Source: Syntrophales bacterium
Lineage (GTDB): Bacteria; Desulfobacterota; Syntrophia; Syntrophales; UBA2210
NCBI GenBank assembly: GCA_963666365.2
Contig: CAXXNF010000001.1
Location: forward strand, 96,001 to 160,000
Reading direction: 5' to 3'
DNA length: 64,000 nucleotides
The position numbers were made by a program, and so were the translations under genes. Positions 54,201 through 64,000 of the stretch are shown piece by piece. Position 1 is the stretch's first letter, and each line of letters opens with the position of its first letter. The notes below the pieces were generated by a model. It had not been told where the DNA came from and ran no database searches. It saw only the letters and a list, made by a program, of their open reading frames with translations.

Positions 54201-54716
54201 TTATTGACCATATACTTCAGTTGCCACCACACGAATGATCTCTCCGTAATAGATTCGGTGATGGTCTTTTTGGGGATAGTGTTCGTCAATAGCCCGGTCA
54301 AGGAAATTTTCCGGGTTCATATCCTGCCAGTATGTTTTACGACATTCCATAATCAGCTCGGCTTCTTCAAAGGCAGGGGCCTCCACCATCTTCGACGGGA
54401 CAACAGAAAGCCCCGACTCGGCAATCTTGTCGCAATCCCTTCCCGATTTCGTCCCCAGCACCACAAGTGCCTTTTTATATTCCTCAGGGAACAAAGAAAG
54501 GGTAAACGTCCGGTATTTCTCCATATACTGGAAGGTGTATCTGCCCGGCCTTACCACCACCTGCACAAAAGGTTTCCCCCACATCCCCCCGATACTTCCC
54601 CATCCCACCGTCATGGCATTGAAGTCATCGATCGTTCCCGCCGCAAGCACCATCCACTGTTTCAGCCATAGAGCGGACACGTTGGCCTTCAGCTTCATGA
54701 TATCGAGATCCTGCAT
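54201..54716 (-). CDS. Flavin reductase-like FMN-binding protein
   Basis: FNAMTVGWG, VRPGRYT, GTKSGRD.DK, H.IYYGEI. Confidence 0.85.
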   Translation of the reverse strand: MQDLDIMKLKANVSALWLKQWMVLAAGTIDDFNAMTVGWGSIGGMWGKPFVQVVVRPGRYTFQYMEKYRTFTLSLFPEEYKKALVVLGTKSGRDCDKIAESGLSVVPSKMVEAPAFEEAELIMECRKTYWQDMNPENFLDRAIDEHYPQKDHHRIYYGEIIRVVATEVYGQ

Positions 54717-54764
54717 ATCTTCCTTTTCTTTATAAAAATGCCTGTTTCTGCACAGGGAATCCTC

Positions 54765-57179
54765 TCAATTCCCCGGTCTTCGGTCCTCAGTCCGCACATC
54801 GGGCCAACGGTATGTACCCCCTGCGAATTCCACAGTCAGAATCTTCGCAGGATCATCCGTTTCCTCGATGTTGGGAAAATCCCGCGTCCCATAGCCCGGG
54901 GGCGCGTAAAAGGTAAATTCCATGGGACTCATGCGGCCTTCCCGTACGGCTTCCACATATTTCTGCGGCGCCCCGGGATCGGGCATGCCATGTACGTCTC
55001 CCAGGAATCTGCTCCCGTTCTGATGATAATCGGCAAATGCGCAGGCACTGCCGTAGAGGCTCGAAATGCCGATGCGTGCCGGGTATTTCCATCCGTAGAG
55101 AATCTGCGTAATATAGCGGTTATGGGCCAGTGAATAGCTGGGCCACTTCCCCTTCCCCCATATGAGTCCGGGGACAAAGGGATCTTCTTCCTCCTTGGGC
55201 GATTGAGACATGAGTTGTGCCACCACGCCCACCAGGCCGAAAACCTGCCCCAGGCTGAAGTCGTGCCCCTGGGCGTTCCATCGGGGATTGGAACATCGTA
55301 CGGTGGTCGCGAGCATTGCATAGAACGCCCGGAAACGTTCCGATTGATCCTCTTCTCCCTTGAGGCTCATATACAGACCCGCCAGGATATTGTTGGGTTC
55401 ATACAACCCCTTTTTCCCGTATTCTTCATAGGTGACGGCACCGTCACCCGTCTCGTCGAACGTTTCCAGAAAGGTACTTTTCAGGGAAGATCCCTCTACG
55501 GCATCGACGGCATCGAGCCAGCCGAAAAATGTCTTTTGAAGGTCCCAGGGCATTTTATAGGTATCGGAGTAAAGGGCGCCTGTGACGATTTCTCTGAATT
55601 CATCCCCTTCGATACGGCCCAACCGACCCTGGTATGAGGCGAGGGGGATTCCGGCAATACCGTCATGGCCGAGCACGTAATAGGCACGGTTCCCCAGTCC
55701 CCGCGCTTCCGCCCGCTTGAAGCAGACATCCCTGCTGATGGGTGAGTCGTACCCACTTTCGGTGACTATGGCCCTTCCGTCATAGCGGGGCGCCGGCACC
55801 GCCTGCGGGAAAAGGCCGCCCATTCCGTCATCGAGCCCTGTCCCGTAAGATTCTTCAAGGCCCACATTAGAGAACATATAGCGGGCGCAGAAAAGGTCCG
55901 TCGCCACCGGATCGATACCAGCCACAACAAGACCGTCCGGCACCTTGATACCCAGGCCGAATCCCTGATGGTCCCGGTTGATCCCTTCGATGGCGTCGAC
56001 GATATGCATCATGAACACATCCTGAGCCGCCACGGCGGCAACGATATCGAGCATGGTGCCCGTCAGGCCCCCCGTCTTTTTTACCGCATAGGTTCCATCG
56101 GGATTTCTCAGAGGCAGGCAGGTCTCGGGGTCCATCTCGGGAATCCATACCTGGTGAGGAATAGCGCCTTTCATCCCCGGAATTTTTCGATGCGGGGTGG
56201 CATATTCCCAGGCACACCCCTCAGATCGCGACGCCTGCATGGGATACAGACCGATGCCGAGATTCTTGATCACATTGGTAAAGAGGGCCTGCGCATGCAC
56301 CTTGAGCCGGGGGAGATTGACAAGAATGCAGCCCGGATACAGCGCACAATCACCCTTGTCGGCAGGATCGCCGCCGATAATGACCTTGTGCAGGATGAGG
56401 GAATTGAAATTTTCCCCCGCGGGAACGGGAATCTCTCTCCCCTTTGCGGGATTATCGCAGATGCGGTTCAGGTCATAGACCATGAGCTTGTCATAAACGC
56501 CCCCCGGCGGGATATAGTCGCCCGCTACGCTTTCTTCAAACCCACGCATGGGATCATCCCCCAGCGTGGGTTCGGAATTTTCCGCCAGATATCGGCGGAC
56601 GAAATAGAATCCCCAGCCGCCGTAAAAATCTTCGGAACGACCCTCAATGACCGACTCCGTGGTTACCGGCCTTCCCGACTTCTTTATATGCCGATACTGG
56701 GCCGCCACCGCCGTAAGCGCTGTCGCCGCTTCACCGACGCACATGTGGTAGTAGCTGATACCCGCCCTGTCGTGAAACCATCTCATTACGGCCGCCACAA
56801 AGGGCCATTCCGTATTGCCGGTGCTCCCCGGGGTGGGACCGAATGTGTAGGGATCGATGTTCTCCGATGAAACCAGATTGGGCTTGAAGAGGATCTTTTT
56901 CCCTTCTTTCAGCCGCTTCCACAGCACTGTTTTCAAGTCGGTTTCCTTCTCAAACGCCGAAAGGACCGCATCGAGATTATTATAGGTATAATCAATCTTC
57001 GCCTTGATTTCATTCCAGGCCGACTCATCGTTGTCGCGAATGAACTTCTGAAGCAGGTGGTCGACACCCTTGTACGATTTGTTCACATCCATCCTGGCCA
57101 CGGCCACCGGCGTTCCTTCGCCATCGAGCATGCCGTCGCCGAGAGCGGTACGTATTTTCTGTCCCTTCATTGCACTCAT
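54765..57179 (-). CDS. Large DUF362-domain protein
   Basis: ILFKPNLV, GEA, VNLPRLKVH..T..IKNLG, IVDAI, DPVATD. Confidence 0.75.
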   Translation of the reverse strand: MSAMKGQKIRTALGDGMLDGEGTPVAVARMDVNKSYKGVDHLLQKFIRDNDESAWNEIKAKIDYTYNNLDAVLSAFEKETDLKTVLWKRLKEGKKILFKPNLVSSENIDPYTFGPTPGSTGNTEWPFVAAVMRWFHDRAGISYYHMCVGEAATALTAVAAQYRHIKKSGRPVTTESVIEGRSEDFYGGWGFYFVRRYLAENSEPTLGDDPMRGFEESVAGDYIPPGGVYDKLMVYDLNRICDNPAKGREIPVPAGENFNSLILHKVIIGGDPADKGDCALYPGCILVNLPRLKVHAQALFTNVIKNLGIGLYPMQASRSEGCAWEYATPHRKIPGMKGAIPHQVWIPEMDPETCLPLRNPDGTYAVKKTGGLTGTMLDIVAAVAAQDVFMMHIVDAIEGINRDHQGFGLGIKVPDGLVVAGIDPVATDLFCARYMFSNVGLEESYGTGLDDGMGGLFPQAVPAPRYDGRAIVTESGYDSPISRDVCFKRAEARGLGNRAYYVLGHDGIAGIPLASYQGRLGRIEGDEFREIVTGALYSDTYKMPWDLQKTFFGWLDAVDAVEGSSLKSTFLETFDETGDGAVTYEEYGKKGLYEPNNILAGLYMSLKGEEDQSERFRAFYAMLATTVRCSNPRWNAQGHDFSLGQVFGLVGVVAQLMSQSPKEEEDPFVPGLIWGKGKWPSYSLAHNRYITQILYGWKYPARIGISSLYGSACAFADYHQNGSRFLGDVHGMPDPGAPQKYVEAVREGRMSPMEFTFYAPPGYGTRDFPNIEETDDPAKILTVEFAGGTYRWPDVRTEDRRPGN

Positions 57180-57199
57180 ACCTTTCTAAATTATCAAAT

Positions 57200-57967
57200 T
57201 TATACCTTTATTCCGAATAGTTCCCTGGCATTCTGCGCCGTTGTGCTCGCCACCGCATCATAGAGTGTTCCCCGTATCTCGGCCACTCTGCGGGCAGTGT
57301 GAAAGACGAAGGCGGGCTCGTTTCGCTTGCCCCGTTTCGGTTCGGGTGCAAGAAACGGTGCATCGGTCTCCACCAGCAGCCGTTCCAGGGGAATATTTCG
57401 CACCACGTTGCGAAGCACATCAGATTTCTTATAGGTAATTGTTCCGGGAATCGAAATATAATACCCCAGATCGATACATTGACGGGCCATTTCGTAATCC
57501 CCCGAGAAACAATGGACTACCCCGTGCAACTTGCCCTTATGTATCTTGAGCATCTCCAGTGTTTCATTGTGGGCGTCACGGTCATGGATAATGACGGGAA
57601 GACCCAGTTCCACACTTAGATCAAGCTGTTCGCCGAATCTCTTTATTTGTACCTCCCGCGGGGAGCGATTTCTGAAAAAATCGAGGCCGATCTCTCCGTA
57701 GGCCACCACCTTGTCTTCACCGGCAAGCGTACGGAGTTCCTCATAGGTCTCCTGAGTCACGGCGGCAGCATCATGGGGATGCACCCCCACAGTGGCATAC
57801 ACCATGGGGTAGCGCCTGGCCAGTGCAACGGCCTTTTTACTGTCGGCAAGATCGATACCGACAACAACGATTGCGCCTACTCCTGCCTCCTTGGCCCGTT
57901 CGATCACCTCATCCCGATCCTTGTCGAATTCCTCCAGCTCGAGATGGGCATGTGAATCAATCAGCAT
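57200..57967 (-). CDS. tatD: TatD family DNase
   Basis: IDSHAHL, GVHPH, GEIGLD, HDRDA, HCFSG, ETDAPFL. Confidence 0.95.
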   Translation of the reverse strand: MLIDSHAHLELEEFDKDRDEVIERAKEAGVGAIVVVGIDLADSKKAVALARRYPMVYATVGVHPHDAAAVTQETYEELRTLAGEDKVVAYGEIGLDFFRNRSPREVQIKRFGEQLDLSVELGLPVIIHDRDAHNETLEMLKIHKGKLHGVVHCFSGDYEMARQCIDLGYYISIPGTITYKKSDVLRNVVRNIPLERLLVETDAPFLAPEPKRGKRNEPAFVFHTARRVAEIRGTLYDAVASTTAQNARELFGIKV

Positions 57968-58103
57968 ATTCGCAATTACCTTACCTCTTTATTTTCTTCA
58001 GCAGCCCCCGCAGTTTCTCGACGGTAATTCAGCCTACCCGTTTGCCCCTCGAAACACAAGAGAAACCCTCGGAAGACGAACGCAGTAAAGAGCACGCCTT
58101 GGG

Positions 58104-58937
58104 TCAATCACGCAACCGGGGGTCGAGAGAGTCCCTGATTCCCTCGCCAAGGAGGTTGTAGCCCAGCACCGTAATCAGAATCGCCAGACCGGGATAGAGG
58201 GAAAGCCACCAGGCAATATCGATATTATCTTTTCCCGCCGTAAGGATATTTCCCCAGCTCGGCGTGGGCGGCTGCACGCCGATTCCAAGAAAAGAAAGGG
58301 CTGATTCTGTAAGAATGGCCCCCGCCACTCCCAGTGTCGCGGCCACCAGCATCGAGGCCATGGCATTGGGAAGTATGTGCCTGAAAATGATCCGCATATC
58401 GCTTGCCCCGACGGCACGGGCCGCCTGGACAAAATCGCGCTCCTTCAGAGATATAAAATCCGCGCGCACCAGACGGGTGATGCCCATCCATCCCGTAAGC
58501 CCGATCACGATCATTATATTCCAGATCGAGGGTTCCAAAATGGCAATAACCGCAAGAATAAGAAAAAAAGAGGGGAAGCAGAGCATAATATCGACAAAGC
58601 GCATGATCACCGAATCGGTCCATCGCCCGTAGTATCCCGCAATCGCTCCCAGCATCGCCCCGATGACGATGGCAATCCCCGTCGCGATAAATCCCACCTT
58701 GAGAGAGATCCGTGCTCCCCAGATCATGCGGCTCATCACATCCCGTCCCAGCTGATCCGTCCCGAAAGGGTGAAGCGTCGAAGGGGGTTCCAGCACATGG
58801 GCGAGATCGATAGCCTTCGGATCGAAGGGGGAAAGCCAGGGCGCCAGGAAGGATACCACAAAGAGACACACCACCACTACGCCTCCGGCAACGGCCATTT
58901 TGTTTTTGAAAAATCGACGCCGAAACTCACTTTTCAT
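58104..58937 (-). CDS. Peptide/nickel ABC transporter permease (OppC/DppC)
   Basis: FGTDQLGRD, FVQAARAVGA..HILPN, LSFLGIG..PSWG. Confidence 0.92.
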   Translation of the reverse strand: MKSEFRRRFFKNKMAVAGGVVVVCLFVVSFLAPWLSPFDPKAIDLAHVLEPPSTLHPFGTDQLGRDVMSRMIWGARISLKVGFIATGIAIVIGAMLGAIAGYYGRWTDSVIMRFVDIMLCFPSFFLILAVIAILEPSIWNIMIVIGLTGWMGITRLVRADFISLKERDFVQAARAVGASDMRIIFRHILPNAMASMLVAATLGVAGAILTESALSFLGIGVQPPTPSWGNILTAGKDNIDIAWWLSLYPGLAILITVLGYNLLGEGIRDSLDPRLRD

Positions 58938-59912
58938 CTACGACACCCTGATCCGCGGGTCGGCAACGGCATAGGACACATCGGCAATCAGGTTCCCTGC
59001 AAGCGTCAGAACCGCGCCGATGAAGAGAATCCCCATAACCACCGGATAATCCCTCGACATGACCGCCATATAGAAAAGCTGGCCCATGCCCGGAATGGCA
59101 AAAATAGTTTCGAAAATCACGCTGCCGCCGATGAGCCCCGGAATTGAAAGTCCCAGGATAGTAATGACCGGGAGCAATGCATTCCTGAGTGCGTGTTTGT
59201 AAATGACCACCCGCTCGCTCAAGCCCTTTGCTCTGGCCGTGGTGATGTAGTCCTGTCTGATCACTTCCAGCATATTTGCGCGCATATAGCGCGAAAGCCC
59301 GGCCAGGCCGCCGAAGGCCGAGAGCAGCACCGGCAGGATCAAGTGTGAGATCAGATCCCAAAAGGCCTGCCACGGAGGCAGGTATTCGTAATTGAGCGAC
59401 CGGATGCCTGAAATGGGCAGCCACCCCAGATCAACACCAAAAAGGATCATGAGAAGAAGTGCAAGCCAGAAGGTAGGCACCGCAAAGCCTATGAACACCA
59501 ACACCGCAGTAATCTTGTCGAAAAGTGAATCACGGTGCACCGCGGACAGCACCCCTATGGGAATGGCCACCAGGATGATCAGGATCATTGAAAGCACGTT
59601 GATGGCAATCGTAATGGGAAGCCTCTCGGCGATTTTGTCGATAACGGGCCGGTGATCAGTGGAAAATGATTCGCCGAGATCGAGTACAACAAGCTTTTTC
59701 AACCACAGAAAATACTGCACGTGGATCGGCTTGTCGAGATCATAGAGTGCGCGGAGACGTTCTTTTGCTTCTGCGGTGACCCGGGGATTGAGATCGGTCT
59801 GAAGATCGGTAGGGGACCCGGGGGCAAGGTGGATTACCACAAAGCAAATGATCGTAATCCCGAACAAAAGCGGGATCATCGTGAAAAGCCTTCGCACAAT
59901 ATACCGGATCAA
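58938..59912 (-). CDS. Peptide/nickel ABC transporter permease (OppB/DppB)
   Basis: [37 protein letters not shown]. Confidence 0.92.
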   Translation of the reverse strand: MIRYIVRRLFTMIPLLFGITIICFVVIHLAPGSPTDLQTDLNPRVTAEAKERLRALYDLDKPIHVQYFLWLKKLVVLDLGESFSTDHRPVIDKIAERLPITIAINVLSMILIILVAIPIGVLSAVHRDSLFDKITAVLVFIGFAVPTFWLALLLMILFGVDLGWLPISGIRSLNYEYLPPWQAFWDLISHLILPVLLSAFGGLAGLSRYMRANMLEVIRQDYITTARAKGLSERVVIYKHALRNALLPVITILGLSIPGLIGGSVIFETIFAIPGMGQLFYMAVMSRDYPVVMGILFIGAVLTLAGNLIADVSYAVADPRIRVS

Positions 59913-60027
59913 AGAAATCTCCCTTTTTTCATCTTCTGGTCACTATAGATAATATTTTTGCTTCCGAAAAGGTTTTTTTGCATGCACCGCTGGGTGTGTT
60001 TGATTGTGCAGGATTGAAATGTCGATT

Positions 60028-60936
60028 TTAATCCGGATGTCCCGATCTTCCCTCCAAAAGTCTGAGAGAAGCAACATTATGAAGGCTCTTCCAGAGATCC
60101 TCTTCCAGGTGGGGTTCCAGGGTTACGATAGGCCGCGTTCCCATGGCCTTGAGCTGCGCAAAAAAATCGGCAAAGGGAAACGTTCCTTCCCCCGGGGGCA
60201 GGTGCCCGTCGCCGGAACCGTCGTTATCATGAAGATGAAGCTGCCCGATGTAGGCGCCTATGCGATCCAGCCATCCGGAAAAGGAAATCTCCGAAAAGGC
60301 GTTGCAATGTCCTGTATCAAAACAGCACACCACCTGCGGATCATCTCTGAAGTGATCCATCAAACGCCCGAATGATTCAGGGGTATCCTCATAGGTGTTT
60401 TCAAGGGCTATCACTGTATCGACCCTGCGGGCCAGATCCGCCAGATATTCCCATGTCTCGATACTGTTTTCGAGCCATTCATCCTCATGGGACACATAAT
60501 AACGCCGGTCGAAGGCGGCATGACAGACCACCGATTTCGGACGGAACCAGGGAACCAGATCGAATACCGCCCGTAATCGGTCCATGGTAACCTGTCGAAT
60601 TCTCGGATCAAGGGCGCCCGGCCGCAGGTCATAAAAAGGTGCGTGAAAGGTAATCGAAAGCCCCGCCTCTGCGAGGATTTCGGCGGTTTTTCTGAAATCG
60701 TCCCCGTTGTAATGATCGAGGGAGAAACAGTCGAACCCGATTTCCGGATTAATCCTTTCCTTGAGAACCCAGGGAAGGTATTTTTCAACAAGGAACCGGT
60801 AGGGCATGTTGACCTGGACAAGGGGGAGTATCTCTTTGCCCCTTTTCTGGTAATCCGGCACCGCTCTTTCCTCCCGCATTGGAACCCTTTCACGCTGCAA
60901 TGTTCCTGCTTCCGCAGGTTCCACGCCATGTATCAC
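60028..60936 (-). CDS. Sugar-phosphate isomerase/epimerase (AP endonuclease 2 TIM barrel); true start probably downstream of 60936
   Basis: HAPFYDL, ALEN, CFDTGH, HLHDNDG..DGHLPPGEG, TLE. Confidence 0.85.
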   Translation of the reverse strand: MIHGVEPAEAGTLQRERVPMREERAVPDYQKRGKEILPLVQVNMPYRFLVEKYLPWVLKERINPEIGFDCFSLDHYNGDDFRKTAEILAEAGLSITFHAPFYDLRPGALDPRIRQVTMDRLRAVFDLVPWFRPKSVVCHAAFDRRYYVSHEDEWLENSIETWEYLADLARRVDTVIALENTYEDTPESFGRLMDHFRDDPQVVCCFDTGHCNAFSEISFSGWLDRIGAYIGQLHLHDNDGSGDGHLPPGEGTFPFADFFAQLKAMGTRPIVTLEPHLEEDLWKSLHNVASLRLLEGRSGHPD

Positions 60937-61141
60937 AATTTACGCCTTTTCACAACACCGTCTTCTTTGCAAAGAGCGCCCACATGTGTTCGCCGTCCTT
61001 TGCGCGCGCGGGCCGGAGTCGATGCAATACCGCAGAAAAGACGCCTCTTTTCTTAAAGTACCTTTACGAATAGACAGGCATTTTCTTCTTGACAATGAAA
61101 AAGGCTTCCTGTTAAGTAGAGCGTCTTTTAGAGGTGTACAG

Positions 61142-61217
61142 GGGCCGTTAGCTCAGTTGGTAGAGCAGCGGACTTTTAATCCGTTGGCCACCGGTTCAAG
61201 TCCGGTACGGCCCACCA
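61142..61217 (+). tRNA. tRNA-Lys(TTT)
   Basis: Acceptor stem GGGCCGT/ACGGCCC, D-arm AGCTCAGTTGGTAGAGC, anticodon loop CTTTTAA, GGTTCAAGTCC, encoded CCA; TTGACA at 61089. Confidence 0.97.
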
Positions 61218-61225
61218 AAAAGACA

Positions 61226-61262
61226 TGGGGGTTAGCAGCACTTGGTTAACCCCTTGTTTTTT
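61226..61262 (+). terminator. Terminator after tRNA-Lys
   Basis: GGGGTTAGC-loop-GTTAACCCC followed by a T-run. Confidence 0.7.
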
Positions 61263-61323
61263 ACTGTCGCCCCGAACGGCCTTATGCATCAATAGGAAGG
61301 GTTGTAAGAAAGGATCGAAGACA

Positions 61324-61683
61324 ATGGGATCAAAGGACAGTGCGGTAAGAGAAATTCAGAAAACCGAATGGGAACAGAAGCTCGACGAGCGCATGGCACT
61401 GCTGAAAGAACAGGGGATCGACGGCAAAGCGATCGACAAGGACATGGCCGTCAAGATGTTGAAGGCGAAAATCAAAAGGACAAAGGCACGCCTTCGCGCA
61501 ATCGCGGCCCGGGAAAAACTTACTGAAGAAAAAGCCCGGATGAAAGCGGAAAAGCTGGCCGCTCCAAAGGCCGAAAAGGACAAAAAGAAAGCCTCTGCAA
61601 AAGACGAAGCGGAAGAAGAAAGCAAACGCCAGCAGAAGAAAAAACAGAAAAAAGAAAAGAAATCGACTGAAAAGGAATCGTAG
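61324..61683 (+). CDS. Hypothetical Lys/Glu-rich helical protein
   Basis: Coding-like composition, RBS-like AAGGA; no motif. Confidence 0.65.
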   Translation: MGSKDSAVREIQKTEWEQKLDERMALLKEQGIDGKAIDKDMAVKMLKAKIKRTKARLRAIAAREKLTEEKARMKAEKLAAPKAEKDKKKASAKDEAEEESKRQQKKKQKKEKKSTEKES

Positions 61684-61693
61684 CCGCTCCTTG

Positions 61694-62974
61694 TTATTCG
61701 TTCAGTCCTTTCACCAGATCGAACACCACCATGCTTCCCTTCTTGAGACTCTCGAGCGCGAGGCGTTCATCGTGTCCGTGCATAGTACGCAACACCTCGA
61801 TATCGCTCACGAAGGGCAGCAGACCATAGCTTGCGACCCCCCGCGATCTGAACCATCGTGAGTCGGTAAAACCCGTCGAAATCGTTGGCAGCACCGGCAC
61901 ACCGGGATAATGGCGGGCCAGAATATCTTCCATGAGGCGATACATGGGAGAGTCGGCTGATGATATCGACGAATCGTAGGCGGCACAAACCTCAAGCGAA
62001 ATGTCGTCATCATCGATGATCGCCCTCAGTTCATCCATAAACATCCCGGCGGAACGACCCGGTATAAGACGGCAGTCCAGGATCGCCTCCGCCGTTGAGG
62101 GAATCACGTTTTCTTTCCTGCCCGCATTCATGACGGTAAGACTGACGGTGTCACGAAACATGGCCCCGAAGTGTGGTATGGTCAAAAGATCGTGACGGGC
62201 CAGTTCACTTGCCTCAATCGACGGATCTATGCCGACCTTTTCCAGAAAGAGCCTCATCTCATCAATGATGCGAACGGGGAATTCATGATCCACGATACGG
62301 GCAAGGGCGCGCACCAGACGCACGGGAGCACTGTTGCGTATGGGAACGGACCCGTGCCCCGGGGCGCCTTCGGCGCTTATGCGCAGCCAGAGCGGCCCCT
62401 TTTCGCCGATGGCGAGATTGAACCCCGACATATTGCCCATGCGCCACCCGGCACCCCCTTCATTCAGCACATACTCGGCATCCAGATCAACTCCCGGCTG
62501 GGCGGTGAGCCACCCCGCGCCCCGGCTCCCCCCCGTTTCCTCGTCGGACACGGCCAGGAATACAAGATCGCGCTTCAAGGGGACTGAGAAGCGGTAAGCC
62601 AGCAGAAAGGCCATCAGCTCCATGATACCGAGCCCCTTCATGTCCAGGGCGCCACGCCCCCAGAGACAGCCGTCTTTTACCACGCCCTCAAAGGGATCGA
62701 CGGTCCACTTGTCGGGCTCCGCCATCACCACATCCATATGATGCAGAAGGATGAAGGGCCTTCTTGACCCATCCCCCTTAAGGCGGCAGATAATGTTGGG
62801 GCGCATCGGATCGTCGGCATATTCCTCCACCGACAGACCCTCAGCTTCGAGCGTACGCCTCAAAAAATCAGCGGCGGCCCGTTCCGCGCCGGGCGGATTC
62901 GTAGTGTCGATCCGTATGTAGTCCCTCAACAGATCAACAGCCTCCTCCAGCACCTGATCCCAGGAAATATTCAT
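61694..62974 (-). CDS. M20 family metallo-hydrolase
   Basis: IDTTNPPG.E, HHMDVV, WGRGALDMK, DEETGG, NEGG, GHGS, MHGHDE. Confidence 0.92.
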   Translation of the reverse strand: MNISWDQVLEEAVDLLRDYIRIDTTNPPGAERAAADFLRRTLEAEGLSVEEYADDPMRPNIICRLKGDGSRRPFILLHHMDVVMAEPDKWTVDPFEGVVKDGCLWGRGALDMKGLGIMELMAFLLAYRFSVPLKRDLVFLAVSDEETGGSRGAGWLTAQPGVDLDAEYVLNEGGAGWRMGNMSGFNLAIGEKGPLWLRISAEGAPGHGSVPIRNSAPVRLVRALARIVDHEFPVRIIDEMRLFLEKVGIDPSIEASELARHDLLTIPHFGAMFRDTVSLTVMNAGRKENVIPSTAEAILDCRLIPGRSAGMFMDELRAIIDDDDISLEVCAAYDSSISSADSPMYRLMEDILARHYPGVPVLPTISTGFTDSRWFRSRGVASYGLLPFVSDIEVLRTMHGHDERLALESLKKGSMVVFDLVKGLNE

Positions 62975-63007
62975 ATAGTACCCCTCCTCTCCAACCAACC
63001 AGCCCAG

Positions 63008-63084
63008 AGACCAAATGAACCAAACAAACCCAATAGACCAAACAGACCAAATGGACCAGAAAGACCAGACAGACCAGACAGACC
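63008..63084. repeat. Degenerate 9-bp tandem repeat (~8.5 x AGACCARAY)
   Basis: agaccaaat gaaccaaac aaacccaat agaccaaac agaccaaat ggaccagaa agaccagac agaccagac agacc between ilvD and the M20 gene. Confidence 0.85.
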
Positions 63085-63087
63085 CGT

Positions 63088-64000
63088 CTACGCCTCCACA
63101 ACCCCGCCCTTGTCCGCCGATTTCACCAGTCTTGCATAGGTATCAAGATATCCCCGGGGATGTGTGCGGGGAGGATGCACCAGCTTCTCCCGCCGGCGCG
63201 CCAGTTCCTCATCGGACACCTTCACTTCGAGGAGCCGCTTTTCGATATCGATCTCAATCATGTCGCCATCCTCGACAAGGGCGATCGTGCCGCCCTCAGC
63301 CGCCTCGGGCGACAGATAGCCGATGGAAGGACCCGCACTGTACCCGGAAAACCGGCCGTCGGTTACTATATAGTTGGTCTCGCCCATCCCCATCATTTCC
63401 AGTAATACGCGAAAGAGGGCCATCTCCCGCATTCCCGGACCACCCCTGGGCCCTTCATAGCGAATCACGATGACATCCCCCTTTGCGATTGTTCCATTTC
63501 CCAGCCCCTGGGCGGCCTCTTCTTCCGAATTAAAGACCCGCGCCTTTCCGACGCAGTGCCAGAAATCCCTGTCCACGGCCACCTGTTTAATCACGGCGCC
63601 CTGCTCGGCCAGGTTGCCCCTGAGCACAGCGATTCCCCCATAGGAAAAAACGGGATCTTCGATGGGCCGAATAACCTCGGGCGAAAAGACCACCGCTTTT
63701 TCGATATTCTCACCCATTGTTTTTCCCGTAACGGTTATAACGGACCGGTCGACCTTCTCCTCCAACGTCTTCATCACCGCCGGAATGCCGCCGGCATCAT
63801 CGAGATCGACGACGGAATAGGGACCCGCCGGCTCAATATTGGTGAGATAGGGCGTGGTTTTCGACAGACGGTCGAATTCATCATAGCCCAGGGTGATACC
63901 CAGTTCATGAGCCACGGCAGGCAGGTGCAACACTGTATTCAATGATCCTCCGATGGCAAGATCGACGGTCAATGCATTGGTAAGAGCCGCTTCACTCATA
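63088..64000 (-). CDS. ilvD: Dihydroxy-acid dehydratase family, 3' part (5' end outside window)
   Basis: GGSLNTVLHL, LRGNLA..GAVIK, IRYEGPRGGPGMREM, TDGRFSG, PEAAEGG. Confidence 0.88.
   Translation of the reverse strand, partial: MSEAALTNALTVDLAIGGSLNTVLHLPAVAHELGITLGYDEFDRLSKTTPYLTNIEPAGPYSVVDLDDAGGIPAVMKTLEEKVDRSVITVTGKTMGENIEKAVVFSPEVIRPIEDPVFSYGGIAVLRGNLAEQGAVIKQVAVDRDFWHCVGKARVFNSEEEAAQGLGNGTIAKGDVIVIRYEGPRGGPGMREMALFRVLLEMMGMGETNYIVTDGRFSGYSAGPSIGYLSPEAAEGGTIALVEDGDMIEIDIEKRLLEVKVSDEELARRREKLVHPPRTHPRGYLDTYARLVKSADKGGVVEA

Noticed and set aside
61142..61217. tRNA-Lys as integration site of the kinase island
   Set aside because: 7.6 kb of housekeeping genes intervene; no integrase and no duplicated tRNA 3' end seen
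63015..63473. ORF with QTD repeats (MNQTNPIDQTDQ...)
   Set aside because: Translation of the 9-bp DNA repeat running antisense into ilvD; no RBS

Overview
64-kb window from an anaerobic, probably Desulfobacterota/Syntrophales-like bacterium (inferred from gene content). It has three parts. (1) 1-23.7 kb, metabolic and redox genes: a TPP riboswitch with attenuator; a Cache lipoprotein-NCS2 permease-OYE operon; a birA-bioA-bioF-bioD-bioB operon with a bioO operator and frameshifted bioB; an ArsR-thioredoxin fusion-pntAA/AB/B-NifX-permease cluster; an OYE plus 4-hydroxybutyryl-CoA dehydratase-like pair; a decayed octaheme cytochrome c/cytochrome b pair; and an O-methyltransferase. (2) About 24-53.6 kb, an accessory region. 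A mosaic FG-GAP/beta-propeller/dockerin-like surface protein precedes a ~27-kb block bounded by two direct-repeat IS1182 copies, each inside a conserved palindrome. The block holds four co-oriented hybrid sensor kinases (membrane-PAS, MEDS-PAS, PAS3, CHASE-PAS) and a CheB/CheR fusion, interleaved with IS1202/ISNCY, IS1634, two nested IS21 ends, IS66, IS256, IS630 and IS3 elements. A conserved motif (ACATCCAGTATnnTTGAG) follows three consecutive kinase genes. (3) 53.6-64 kb, housekeeping genes: USP, flavin reductase, DUF362, tatD, oppBC-like permeases, TIM-barrel isomerase, tRNA-Lys, M20 peptidase and partial ilvD. All calls come from reading the sequence; no searches were run.
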